Virus record (IMG/VR): IMGVR_UViG_3300024346_000039
Span: 1-64,000 of that record
Origin: a virus
DNA: 64,000 nt
Strand: one strand, 5' to 3'
Shown: positions 6,740 through 18,100 of the stretch, in pieces
Layout: the number at the start of each line of letters is the position of its first letter
Position numbering within the stretch: the stretch's first letter is position 1
Position numbers and translations under genes: made by a program
The notes under the pieces: generated by a model
Databases searched by the model: none
Seen by the model: the letters and a program-made list of their open reading frames with translations, nothing else
What the model was told of the DNA's origin: nothing

Positions 6740-9700
6740 TGAGTAGAGTAGTGCGTCGCTTTGGTTATGCCATCTCTCCTAATGGAGCACAGGCTAGCAC
6801 CTTCAAACAGGCTGCTTATTTGCGTGAGAAGGTTATTGAATTCATTGACTCTACCAATGCTGAAGCATCTACATCTCGTCGTCTAACTCGTGGTGCTGCG
6901 TTTGCAGTTGTCCACCGCTCACTTGTTGCAACAAAAGATTTGCCATTCTCAATCCGCGAGCACATTGCAATGAAGGAACTTTCACAATATGTGACACTTC
7001 TTCAGAATAATAAAGTTGCTGCGATTAAGCCAAGCCACACAGACCTTCTTCCTGTAGCGCACCCACGCTCAACAAAGATGCACACATTGACAGCATCTGC
7101 TCTCATTTCAGCACGAGCAAACTGGTATGCAGATGATTCACGCATCACCAACGAAAAAGTAAAGTCAATTGTTGCCTCTGCATATACAGCAACTCCTGGT
7201 TCTGTAGAACACTCTTATTACTCGGCAGTTCTTGCATCACTTCCACAGGGCTCAGTTCCACAAGACATTCTTGTTTCTCTTACTGCTGACGGAAACTCTT
7301 CAGCAGAACGTTCTCTTCGTGCTCGCTTACAGCGTCGTGACCGCTTCGGTCAGTTTGCTGAAATGGGTGGCGGTATGAGCGCTCTTATTCGTATGGCAAA
7401 AGATGGAGTGATTCGTAAACTAACTGGTCGTCCTGTCACAGATGGCCCTGACGGTGATGATATTCAGGTAGAACTTCCAGATGGTCGTATTGTAAATATT
7501 CCTGCATCTAAGGGTCAATTTATTCCAGCAGTTTTGGAACGTAGTAAAGATGGATTCTCTCAAACCCCTGCAAAAGTTTCTGTTGCAGATAATCAGTATG
7601 TTATTAATGAAGAAGATTTAAAATTTGTTGATTCACCTAATGGTTTTGAAAAAGTTGGCGAAAACAAGTGGCAGGGTATTGACACTATAAACGCTGGAAT
7701 GATTGTTGAAAAAGCCGATGATGGTTCCCTCAATGTCGAATTCGAGTTTATGAATGGTTCGAGACAAGATGTCGGTAACTTTAGCGACTGGGAAGATGTA
7801 TTTGACGGAATTGTTGCCTGGGACGAAGACCTCAAGGATAGGTCTGAAAAAGCAGACGCTAAAAGAAAGAAAGACCTAGAAGAGGATGATAAGCGTCGTG
7901 CAAGCCTTCCTAAGTTTGATGACGAAGATATTCAAGTAGTAGAGTTAGATAAAGATGGAAAAGCAAAAGGCCCTGCAAGAGATGCTTTCCCTAAAAAGTT
8001 TGCTTTCAACTACCCTGAAGGCGCTTACAAGATTTCTAAAGACCCAGATGCAGACATTGAAGAGTCATATGAAGACCCTACACAAATTGCACAGTATGCA
8101 GATGAGCGCGACCTTATTACCGCTTTGGAAGAAGGACTTCTTCCTAAGAAGGAAGGTCAGAACGCTACTGGCTATGGAAACATTAATACTTATGATGGAG
8201 AACAGATAGTTCCTGTCGAAAATCTTTACCTTGCACTTCAAGAAATGGGTGGAGACCCAGAGTTAGAAGTTGCTCGTATTTACGATAAGCAACTTGGCAC
8301 ATCTGAAAACGAAGACAATCTTCTTGGTTCACGCAAGCAGGAAACTATTTCAGAACCAACTCCTGAACTTGATAAAGCATTTATCCGTGAAACAAAAGAA
8401 CTTGGTCCAGATATTGAGCCAGCAACAGAAGAACCTGCATTTGATGCAGAGAAGTTTGATGCTGCTCCACTTCCTGCACTTCTTGAGGGTCTTTCAGAGA
8501 CTGAACTTGCTCGCTTTATGGAATCAGAGGACCACACTTCTTATCTTCCAAAGAATGAACAAGTTGAAATGCCTATTGGCTACGCATCTCTTAGCCCAGA
8601 ACCATACGCTGCGTGGAAGAAAGTAACAGCAGAGAATCCAGATGCAAACCTTCCAGAAGGCTTTAGCGATAACCCTGTATTTATTGCACAGAACATTCCT
8701 ACACCAGAACTTGAAAAAGAATTCCGTCGTGCACTTGAGCCAGGTAATGACATTCCAGGAACTGCAAAGATTTCACTTAAGACAGACTCTGGTGAAGAGT
8801 TTGTTGCAGATGTTCCAGGTGAGGCAGTTCGTGATGCATTGCAACTACAGGGCGTAGATACAAACGCTCTTACTAAGCAGATTGCAGATGAAGGCTTCGA
8901 AGGACAGAAGCAAGAAGTTGTTGGCCAAGAGCAGCCTGTAGCAAAGATTGAATCTGTAGAAGATGCAATCAGAGCAGACGAGGAATACATCCTCAAGATG
9001 CGAAACCTTTATGGTTTTGACCGCAGAAATGCTTTGGAAAAGTATGACCAAAAGGGTCCTCACGACCCACTAGACCCTGCTTACAAGGGCGAGTTTGCTG
9101 AAGAATTTGAGAACTATCTATACGAAGATGGAACACCTAATGGTGCATTCAACGACTTGCTTCGTAGCAACCCAGACTTTGCTCGTCTCTTTGCGTGGAA
9201 CCAGTTTGACCAAACAGGAAGCCCTATCCACGAAGAGTGGAGACCAAGCGATGAAGATGCGTTTGAAGAGTTCCCTAATGACAACTTTGAAGATGTTGAC
9301 CACGCATACATAGACCGTCTGTATGACGCTGCACCAACACCAGCAACTGCTATTAGTGCTGGTCTAAAGGTGCTTATGCAGCCTGACTATTTCTATAGCA
9401 GCAAGAAAGATAAGATTGCAATACTTCAGGATGCACTTCGTGCATTTAAAGATGGCGATATGCGCTCTGACATTAAGGATGACGAGCAAGAACTTGCTGC
9501 TGTTGAGTCCGTAACTAAATCTATTGAAGACGAGATTGCAAAACTTCAGACTGCACCTGCTGCACCTATTGCAGCGCCATCTGTAGACGAAGATAAGATA
9601 AAAGAATTAGAAGCAGAACGTGAGAAGTTTGTTAAGCAAGAGCGAGGCGCTCCAAGTGCTGATATGCAAACTAAAGCACGCATAGCAATTCAACAGATTG

Positions 9701-12700
9701 ACGCAGAAATTGCTAGGCTCAAGGGAACGCTTCCTTCTGACCCTAAAGCAATGGGTAAAGATGCATTTGCTAAGGGGAAGAAACGCGTAGCGTCAGTTGA
9801 CCCAGACCTCACAAATCTGATGGAAGGTAAGTCTTCTGAAGAGAAGACCCAACTTATGAAAGATTGGTATGAGGGCTACGATGCAGCAAACATATCAGCG
9901 CCAATGGACGACTTTGAAGTTCCAACCGAGCAAGAAATTCCAGATGGTATTGAAGCAGACCCTAAGTCTCCAAACCTAGAGCCAGACAATATCAATGGTC
10001 CTTACCGTATCGTGTCTAAGGTTTCTGATTTACAGCCTGGCGACATTACTGCTGATGACCATTTTGTTATTGAATCTGTTGGTGGACCTTTCGAGGGCGA
10101 CCCAAGTAAGTTAGAGATTGCTGGTTACTATCCAGGGCACGTTACGCAGAATACAAAGAAGTGGAATGCTTCTACAGAAATGACTGTTATTCGTGGCGCA
10201 CAAGCACCTGAGAAGGGTGACCTACCAGAACTTAGCAAGCCATTTGCACGAGATTTTGGACCTGTCTACAAGAATAAAGAAGGCAAATGGTCTATGTCTA
10301 AGGCAGAAGACCAAGCAAAACTTGATGCAGCGTGGGAAGAATACAACGCAAGAAAAGCAGAAGCGATTGCTCGTTTTGAAGACCCAACAAACAAGGACAA
10401 CACAAAGGCTCCACATCAAGTTCGTGTTAAGGCTGCTGACCTACAACCAGGTGATGTTTCTGCTAAGCCAGAAAAGGGTCACTTTGTTATTGAGCGCACA
10501 TTTACTGACGAGACAACAAAGCCAGGATTTGTTAGCGTTGAAGGCTACTATCCAGGACACGTTTCACAGCGCAAGGAATGGAAAGTCGGAACTGACATTG
10601 ATGTAATTCGCAATGTTGAAGCACCTGCAAAGGGTGAACTTCCAGAAATTCATCAACCATCTAAGACAAACGCTAAGGGCAACTGGGTTCCAGACAGAGA
10701 CCCTGCTAAGCGTGCAGAGTATGAAAAAGAAATTGCTGATGTTGCATCTAAGTGGGAAGTTCCACAAGACCTCCCAACTATTGAACCTTCTGCATCTGAT
10801 TCAGACGCAGCCGATGCTGCTGCAACTAAGCCAGTAGTTGTAAAGGCTCCAGAGCGTCCTCGCACACCAACAATGCCAGCGTTCCAAGGTGAGTTTGCTG
10901 CTATTGCTCGTGAAGCAGGTGGTGACTGGGATAAGTTCCGTGAACTTATTAAAGACCGTGAAATTATTTTCTTTGATTACGAAACAACTGGTATAGACCC
11001 TGCTGATGGCAACGAGCCATGGCAACTAGGTGCTGTAAAGGTTGTTAACGGAGAAGTTGTTGACCGTTTCAATGTATTTATGAATCCTGGTCGCTCTATT
11101 GCAGGAACATACGCTTCAAGAGATAAAGCGAAAAAGCCAAATGCTGTTGATGGAGAAGGAAACAAACTTACAGACGAGTTCTTAGCGTCACAGCCAGACC
11201 AGAAGACAGCACACGAGCAGTTTGCTGCTTGGGCTGGAGAAAACCCTCTTCTTGCTGCACACAACATGATATTTGATGATGAAGTTGCTCGTCGTATGGC
11301 GGACAAGCATGGCACTCCATACTCACCTGCTGGTCTTATGGATACACTTCCAATTGCACGAGATGTTCTTAAGGATGATTCATCTTCACCTACATATGCA
11401 TATAACGGTGAAAAAGACAACAGACTTCCAAGTCTTGCTGCACACTATGGAATTAGTTTAGAAAGAGCCCACTCTGCTGACTACGATTCTCAAGCAACTG
11501 CTGAACTCTTCTCCAAACTTGCTGACCAAGCAGGTAAGGAAAAGACTGGAGCAGACCTATTTGATGTAGATGCTCGTCAGGCAGATTGGGAAAAGGCTCA
11601 GACAGAGTTCCAGACTGCTATGTCTGATTACGAACAAAAGGCTGCTGACTTTGCTACTGCAAAGGCAATTCAAGATGCTCTTGCTGGAAAGAAAGTTGAT
11701 TTAGATAAAGTTGTTGCTGATGCAAAGGGTGCTGCAAAGCCAAACCCAGATGGACAGCAAGAATCTGAAAAGAGCGAAGCATCTACAGAACCAGCAATTA
11801 TTGACTTTGAAAGTGCTGGAACATACCCACAAGGCAAGATGAAGTTAATGCCTCGTGAATGGGCAGCAGACGATGCAAACACAACACTACTTCCTCGTGA
11901 AGATATTCGTATGAAAGACCTTTTGCCAGGTGACTTTATGACATCTGCTAGCGGCGACCATATGTATCAAATCGTTGCTGTTCGCGCTGGTGAAGACTTT
12001 GGTTTCCAAGCAGGAAAAGTTCGTGCATATCGCGCTGACCTTGAAAATGGCGAAACTCATATGATTGAGTATTGGCAAAATACAAGATTAGATGGCGTTC
12101 GTCGTCCTAAGAATCCAGACGACCTACTTCTTCCAGAAGATACAACAGATTCTCCAATTAATGACAGTGCCACTGAAGGCGAGTCATCTAATCAATACGT
12201 TCCAGTTTCTACAGGAAGTGCAACTGTTAAGGTTGAGCCATCAGAAGATGGTAGATACAAGATGGTTGCTACATTCTTTGATGACAATGGAGACGTTGCT
12301 TATCAGGTAGAAGATTCTTACCGCACTCGTGAAGGCGCTGAGGCTGAAGGCAAGGCTCTTATTCAAGACCATGTTCGTTCTACAGAGGCACAGAAAGCCA
12401 AGGAGCAAGGCGAAGAAGCCACTAAGCAAGAGGACACTCCTGTATCTCGTGGAACAGTTCCAGCCAACGCTGACAGTGCTCCTCAGCGTGTTGAAATCTC
12501 AGACTTGCCTGGTGGATTTACTGGAGACATTCAAATTACTCCATCATCTCCAGATAAAGATAAGCCTGAATACACATCAGACTCTGCTCTTATAGATTCA
12601 GATGGAGATGTCATTGATGTTCAAAAGACAGTCCATACCTCTCGCTCAGAAGCAGAGTCAAGTGGACGCGAGTTTATTAGTCGTTCAGCAGATGCATATT

Positions 12701-14700
12701 CTTCAGCAGAAGTTCCTGAAGATTTAGGAAAGAAGTCTTCTAAACCACGCAAGGTTAGCCCAGAGCGTCAAGCAGAGTTGGATGCAATTCGTATTAGTAA
12801 CGATGCTGTTCTTGATTCCACAGGTTTGCTTCCTAATACAGATGCAAAAGACCTACGAGTTGGTGACTTTATTAAGCACAATGTTAATAAAGTTTATGAA
12901 GAAATTGTTGAGATTTATCAGCATCCAACTGAAAAAGGTAAGTTGCTATTCCGCGTTCGTGACCCACGAGACGGAAACATTTACGAGCGTAAATTTGACA
13001 AGGGCTCTGACATTACAAACCCACGTCGCCCTGGCATTGAAGACCAGACAACAGAGGAAGCAAACAAGAGAGCAACCGCGCCAGAAGATGCTGAAAAGAG
13101 CAAGAGAAAAGGCCGTGGTTATGGAAAGAGAAGTTCTCGTTACAGTGACCGCGTAATTGTTGATGCTGCGGTAAAACTTAATCCACAGGCTCGTGCCAAT
13201 GCTGGTCGTTACGAAGACCGTATGGGTAATCAACTAAAGCCAGCAGATGAAGTTGGATTTGCAGAGGCTACACGAGTAGTTCACGTTTCTCAGAACTTCC
13301 GTGACAAGGTTGGAAACCAGGTTGGAACAGTTATTAACTTCTCTGGCGACCAGAAGCACGGTGGAGATGTTCGTGATGGTGTTGTATATCTAGACTTTAT
13401 CTTTGTTCAATTCCCACCTTCAGAAGAACATCCAAATGGAGTTATTCGTAAGTGGCAAGCAAACAACGTATTCCCTGTTGGCCCTAATGGAGAGATTCCA
13501 AAGGCATTTGAAGGACCTAGAAATCAAAGACCTCCTAAATTAGAGTACGAAACTCCTGAATCAGGCGAGGAAGTTATTCTTAACCAAGCCTTCCGCCCTG
13601 AAACAAAAGATGATGCTACCCCTGCTCCTACTTCTACATCGAAACCAGAAGCAGAGCCAACTACTGAAAAGCCTAAGTTTGTCAAAATGACTCCTGAAGA
13701 AAAACTTCAGTATAAAAAAGATAGAGTAGAAGGAATTCAAGCCTCTGTTGTTGACAGAATTTTTGATGACCTAGACAACACTACCGACCTTCAGTGGGCA
13801 GCAAAGTGGACTGGCATCCTTGGAGACCTTCCATACAATATTTTGACTGGAAATGCGTATAATGGAATTAACCCATTTATTTTGTATTTTTCAAAAGAAG
13901 ATAAAGGATACTCTTCAAATCGTTGGATAGGCAAGAAACAAGCCGAGAAATTCAATGGCGTTCTTAAGCCAGATGAAAAACCAACTTACATCATTACAGT
14001 AACTCCATCAAAAATTGTGTATAAAAAAGATGCTGATGGCAAAGATACTGATGAAATTGCATACAGAACAAGACAAAACTACGGCTACGCTGAGGTTTAT
14101 AACGTAGACCAGTTTGAGACTATTGACCTACCACCTGTCCCAGAAATCCCAAAGATTGAAGCGTCAGAGGCTGAAGAAGAAATTCTTAAGCGCTACAAAG
14201 ACCATCCACCAATTGAGTTTGTAAAGATGGCTCCAGGACAAAGCCCTCACTACACGTTTGATAAGGATATAATTAAACTTCCTGAAAGAGGTCAATATGG
14301 TGATGACCAATTAGGATTTATTAAAACCCTTCTTCACGAACTTTCACACAGTTCAGGTCATAAAGACCGCTTAGACCGTTCAGAGTTATTTGATAGGATT
14401 AAGATTGAAGCAGGTCTTCGTATTGATAACGGTCCAAACAGAGCAACAGAAGAACTTATGGCAGAAATTGCTGCTGCAATTATTGGTGCCAGACTTGGTT
14501 TAGAACTAGACACGAAACACACGTCAGCATATATTAAGTCATGGATTCGTGCACTTAATAATAATAGGTCTGCAATTATTGATGCTGCTAGCGCTGCTGC
14601 TAAAATTGCTGATTACATTCTTGAAGGTAAAAAACCAGGCTCTGGCGTAGGTAGATACGGCAAAACTGGCGATGAAATCGCTCAAGAAGAAAACGAATAG
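6739..14700 (+). CDS. Giant polyvalent head-associated protein (2653 aa): DEDDh 3'-5' exonuclease, ArdC-like ssDNA-binding domain, zincin metallopeptidase
   Basis: FFDYETTG..AHNMIFD..DTL..AHSADYD (~10960-11510); PYNILTGNAYNGINPFIL..RW..KQA..VYNVDQ (~13740-14115); LLHELSHSSGH..EELMAEIAAA (~14330-14600). Confidence 0.8.
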   Translation: MSRVVRRFGYAISPNGAQASTFKQAAYLREKVIEFIDSTNAEASTSRRLTRGAAFAVVHRSLVATKDLPFSIREHIAMKELSQYVTLLQNNKVAAIKPSHTDLLPVAHPRSTKMHTLTASALISARANWYADDSRITNEKVKSIVASAYTATPGSVEHSYYSAVLASLPQGSVPQDILVSLTADGNSSAERSLRARLQRRDRFGQFAEMGGGMSALIRMAKDGVIRKLTGRPVTDGPDGDDIQVELPDGRIVNIPASKGQFIPAVLERSKDGFSQTPAKVSVADNQYVINEEDLKFVDSPNGFEKVGENKWQGIDTINAGMIVEKADDGSLNVEFEFMNGSRQDVGNFSDWEDVFDGIVAWDEDLKDRSEKADAKRKKDLEEDDKRRASLPKFDDEDIQVVELDKDGKAKGPARDAFPKKFAFNYPEGAYKISKDPDADIEESYEDPTQIAQYADERDLITALEEGLLPKKEGQNATGYGNINTYDGEQIVPVENLYLALQEMGGDPELEVARIYDKQLGTSENEDNLLGSRKQETISEPTPELDKAFIRETKELGPDIEPATEEPAFDAEKFDAAPLPALLEGLSETELARFMESEDHTSYLPKNEQVEMPIGYASLSPEPYAAWKKVTAENPDANLPEGFSDNPVFIAQNIPTPELEKEFRRALEPGNDIPGTAKISLKTDSGEEFVADVPGEAVRDALQLQGVDTNALTKQIADEGFEGQKQEVVGQEQPVAKIESVEDAIRADEEYILKMRNLYGFDRRNALEKYDQKGPHDPLDPAYKGEFAEEFENYLYEDGTPNGAFNDLLRSNPDFARLFAWNQFDQTGSPIHEEWRPSDEDAFEEFPNDNFEDVDHAYIDRLYDAAPTPATAISAGLKVLMQPDYFYSSKKDKIAILQDALRAFKDGDMRSDIKDDEQELAAVESVTKSIEDEIAKLQTAPAAPIAAPSVDEDKIKELEAEREKFVKQERGAPSADMQTKARIAIQQIDAEIARLKGTLPSDPKAMGKDAFAKGKKRVASVDPDLTNLMEGKSSEEKTQLMKDWYEGYDAANISAPMDDFEVPTEQEIPDGIEADPKSPNLEPDNINGPYRIVSKVSDLQPGDITADDHFVIESVGGPFEGDPSKLEIAGYYPGHVTQNTKKWNASTEMTVIRGAQAPEKGDLPELSKPFARDFGPVYKNKEGKWSMSKAEDQAKLDAAWEEYNARKAEAIARFEDPTNKDNTKAPHQVRVKAADLQPGDVSAKPEKGHFVIERTFTDETTKPGFVSVEGYYPGHVSQRKEWKVGTDIDVIRNVEAPAKGELPEIHQPSKTNAKGNWVPDRDPAKRAEYEKEIADVASKWEVPQDLPTIEPSASDSDAADAAATKPVVVKAPERPRTPTMPAFQGEFAAIAREAGGDWDKFRELIKDREIIFFDYETTGIDPADGNEPWQLGAVKVVNGEVVDRFNVFMNPGRSIAGTYASRDKAKKPNAVDGEGNKLTDEFLASQPDQKTAHEQFAAWAGENPLLAAHNMIFDDEVARRMADKHGTPYSPAGLMDTLPIARDVLKDDSSSPTYAYNGEKDNRLPSLAAHYGISLERAHSADYDSQATAELFSKLADQAGKEKTGADLFDVDARQADWEKAQTEFQTAMSDYEQKAADFATAKAIQDALAGKKVDLDKVVADAKGAAKPNPDGQQESEKSEASTEPAIIDFESAGTYPQGKMKLMPREWAADDANTTLLPREDIRMKDLLPGDFMTSASGDHMYQIVAVRAGEDFGFQAGKVRAYRADLENGETHMIEYWQNTRLDGVRRPKNPDDLLLPEDTTDSPINDSATEGESSNQYVPVSTGSATVKVEPSEDGRYKMVATFFDDNGDVAYQVEDSYRTREGAEAEGKALIQDHVRSTEAQKAKEQGEEATKQEDTPVSRGTVPANADSAPQRVEISDLPGGFTGDIQITPSSPDKDKPEYTSDSALIDSDGDVIDVQKTVHTSRSEAESSGREFISRSADAYSSAEVPEDLGKKSSKPRKVSPERQAELDAIRISNDAVLDSTGLLPNTDAKDLRVGDFIKHNVNKVYEEIVEIYQHPTEKGKLLFRVRDPRDGNIYERKFDKGSDITNPRRPGIEDQTTEEANKRATAPEDAEKSKRKGRGYGKRSSRYSDRVIVDAAVKLNPQARANAGRYEDRMGNQLKPADEVGFAEATRVVHVSQNFRDKVGNQVGTVINFSGDQKHGGDVRDGVVYLDFIFVQFPPSEEHPNGVIRKWQANNVFPVGPNGEIPKAFEGPRNQRPPKLEYETPESGEEVILNQAFRPETKDDATPAPTSTSKPEAEPTTEKPKFVKMTPEEKLQYKKDRVEGIQASVVDRIFDDLDNTTDLQWAAKWTGILGDLPYNILTGNAYNGINPFILYFSKEDKGYSSNRWIGKKQAEKFNGVLKPDEKPTYIITVTPSKIVYKKDADGKDTDEIAYRTRQNYGYAEVYNVDQFETIDLPPVPEIPKIEASEAEEEILKRYKDHPPIEFVKMAPGQSPHYTFDKDIIKLPERGQYGDDQLGFIKTLLHELSHSSGHKDRLDRSELFDRIKIEAGLRIDNGPNRATEELMAEIAAAIIGARLGLELDTKHTSAYIKSWIRALNNNRSAIIDAASAAAKIADYILEGKKPGSGVGRYGKTGDEIAQEENE

Positions 14701-14710
14701 GAGAGATAAA

Positions 14711-14893
14711 ATGACAGTAGAGTTCGAAAACCCGTACACAAAAGAGGAGTTAACTCCTGAACTAATAGCAAAACTTGATGAGCCAATTGTTTTGGACATC
14801 GGGTTTAACGAGTCAGATGCAGAGTTGCTCGATTCTATGGCAGATGAGCCAGAAGAAGAGATAACTGAAGAAGACCTTGAGGAGGTTAAGTAA
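14711..14893 (+). CDS. Small acidic hypothetical protein
   Basis: AGGAGAG RBS before the ATG at 14711. Confidence 0.65.
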   Translation: MTVEFENPYTKEELTPELIAKLDEPIVLDIGFNESDAELLDSMADEPEEEITEEDLEEVK

Positions 14894-15183
14894 TGACTTT
14901 TACACCAGAAAAGCCAGAATACATTGACTCCCTATGGGCTCAGTTGGACCCTGAACTAGATGAAGTTGTCACTATTTTCTATAGGTCTGACGAAGGTCTT
15001 TTTTATCGTGAAGACGGTAACTGGAATGAGATGACAGGACCGACTCCAGAAGAAGATGAAAACGACGAAATTTATTTTATAGATTCAAAGTTTATTTCTG
15101 TTTATGACGAATCGGAAAAGGCTGGAGATGCCATTGGCATTGATGCTTTAAAAGAATACATAAAAGAATATAAGGTAGGTTAA
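14893..15183 (+). CDS. Acidic hypothetical protein
   Basis: GAGGAGG RBS, TAATG coupling. Confidence 0.75.
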   Translation: MTFTPEKPEYIDSLWAQLDPELDEVVTIFYRSDEGLFYREDGNWNEMTGPTPEEDENDEIYFIDSKFISVYDESEKAGDAIGIDALKEYIKEYKVG

Positions 15184-15185
15184 AA

Positions 15186-18100
15186 ATGAAGTTCGTAGGT
15201 CGCAAAGGCGATGAAGTCTTATTTGTAATTGATAATCAGGCTGTTTTTGTCAATGAAAAGCAGAATGTTGTATCAAACATAGACAGTGCTTCTACAGTGC
15301 TGGCTTCATTCGTCCCAGAAGGGCATCAAGATAAGCCTGACTCTGTGCCTTACGAACTTGCTTTGGCTGCAACAACAGATTTAGATATTAAAGTCTTCTC
15401 AAACAATGACCGTATGTACACGATTCCAGACGCTGTTAAGGCTGAAGCAAAGCGTGCAATCGAGTGGCGTAAAGAGCATAACCGTGGTGGAACACCAGTT
15501 GGTATGAATACTGCCCGCACTCTTGCTAAGGGTGGACAAATTGGTATTAGAAAGATTCGCCACATCGCAAAGTATTTCCCACGCCACGAAGTGGATAAGA
15601 AAGGCACTGGCTACAAACCAGGACAAAAGAACTACCCTTCAAATGGTCGTATTGCTTGGGCACTTTGGGGCGGAGATGCCGCAGAGCGTTGGGCATCAGC
15701 AATTGTTGAACGTGAAAATAAAAAGGCTCAAGCAAATTCAATTACTGCTTCATACCGACACATTATGTCTGAGCAGAATGACCCTACAGCAATAGAGTTA
15801 AGTGCATTTGAACTCGCTCGAATTCTTCCGCAAGGGCTTGCTCCAGAATTTTTTATTCGTATCCGTTTAGATGGAGCAGGTATTGACCGCCTCTATAAAA
15901 CAGAGCCAACAGGAGAAGTCTCTGTTTGGGATGATGGAATGTGGGAAGACCTTGGAAACATCAACCACGACTTCCTTACCTACGACAAGTCATTAGATGA
16001 TGCTTCAGATACTGTAGAAAAAATTCACCTTCCTGTAGATATTGACTCTGCTATTGCAATCTCTGGAATGTTTGATGTTGACCCATATAAGTATGTGGGA
16101 GTTACTCAAGTAAATCCTGAAGAATCAGGGCTTGTCTCCGAAGCAGTGGATTATGTTGACTGGAATGAAATTGATTTAATATCTATGGGCGAGAGTCCAG
16201 AGTATGCCGATATTGAAATGCTTTCTGATGAAGAGGCTATGTTTGCTGTTGGCGCACCAGTTGCAGCACCTGCACAAGCAGACGCACCTACTGGAGAAGT
16301 TAAAAAGGGTGATGGACAATACACACCAGCAGAGCGCTCAAAAAACGCTAGCGGACAGGTTCGAAACAAACTAGGTATGTTTGCTAAGGCTGGTTCACAA
16401 GTTGTTATTGGTGGCAAATCTAAATACACAGGCAAGATTGTTGGAATGAATGCTGATACTCAGACTGTTCGTGTTGAGTTGGAAAATGGCATCACTGTAG
16501 ATGTTCCAGGAAACCTTACTCAAGAAGCAGAAGGATTTGTAGAAGCACCAGAAGCATCTGCTCCAACTCCAGAGCAAGCAAAAGCGCTAACTCGTAATAT
16601 TCTTGGAGAGCCAAAGCCTCCTGCCGATAAAGCAAGTGCTCGTCTTTCAGAGCGTATGTCAACTATGACACCTCAGCAGACAGCAACTGTTGTTAGCGAT
16701 TACCCTAACTTTGTTGGTGGAGAGCGTTCTGCAAATCTTAAAGCAACTGCTCAAGCACCAGCAGCCCCTGCTGCACCTGCCACACCTCTTACTGCAAAGA
16801 CCGCGTATCAAACTCCTAATGCATACAACAATCCATTACTAAGAGCGTTTCTTGAGAAGAAGGTTGTTTCTCCTACAGGTGAAGTAAGTTACCCGAACGC
16901 GATTTGGTATCGTCCTGACCTTGCTGGTATCAATCCTAACGAAGTAGAGTCATACAAAGACAATATTTCTAGCGTTGATAAATTTATTAAAAACCAAGAA
17001 GCAGCACCTCTTATGACTAGCCCTGCAATGCAGCAGCCAGCAAAGGGATTCTCCAAACCAACTGCTCAGCCAGCCGCTCCAGCAAAAACTGTATCTACAA
17101 ATAAAACACTTCCTAATGGCGTAGTCCAAAGTGGTACACCACAGGCTCCAATCTATACAGCAATGATTAATGGTTTCCCTGTAGAAACAAATAAAGATGG
17201 GGAACCTATTAAGGGTGTCTACCTAGAAGTTCCTGAAGAAGGCGTTAAATATGCTGGTGCTCTAGTTAAACGAGGAGAGTCTTATGGCGCTCTTAGGGAA
17301 ACTGGTGAATTAGGAACTCCTAAAGAAAAATACGACAAAAATTATGACGGAATTAGAGAGTATAAGGCTGCTGATGGAACTATTTATTACGGACGCAGAG
17401 GCGTTGTAGTTCCTCCTGGCAAGATGATGACATCTGCTGGAAGTATTGTTGACAAGCCTAAGACTGCATCAGCAATGATTGCTTCTGCTGAGAATGTTGA
17501 ACTCACTCCAGATACATCAGATGTGCCACCAGTCTATATGGCGGTTGTTGCACCAGATGACGCTCAGGCTGTGATGGACCTTATTTCGCTTGTACCAAAA
17601 AGTTCTCAGTCAGAAACTCCTACAACATTTAAGCGTAAAGAAGGTAAGTGGATTAAGGATGAAGCAATTCTTAATGACTTAAATAGTCCTACACCACCTC
17701 CTGTAGTAGTTCTTGACAATACAACTTTGGGAGATGTTTTAGAACAAATTGATGGTCCAGATGCTGCAACTGCTTCAGCAATCGTTGAGACAATGATGGC
17801 TGCTGGCGGTCTTGATAAGAACCGTGGTAATGCAGAAGAACTTCGTCAATACTGGCTTCGCGGAAAAGGTGCAGCAAAGATTCGTTGGAATACTCCAGGA
17901 GACTGGACACGCTGCGTCCGTCAACTTTCTAAATATATGGGTCCTCGTGCCAAAGGCTACTGCGCTCTTCGTCACAAGGAAGCCACTGGTATGTGGGCTG
18001 GTGATAAAGAAAATCGTCAGATGGGCAAAGTCACTGCAAGTGGAAAACTTTTATATAGTAATGATTTTATTATTCCAAGCAGTTCTGTTATTGCATCTGC

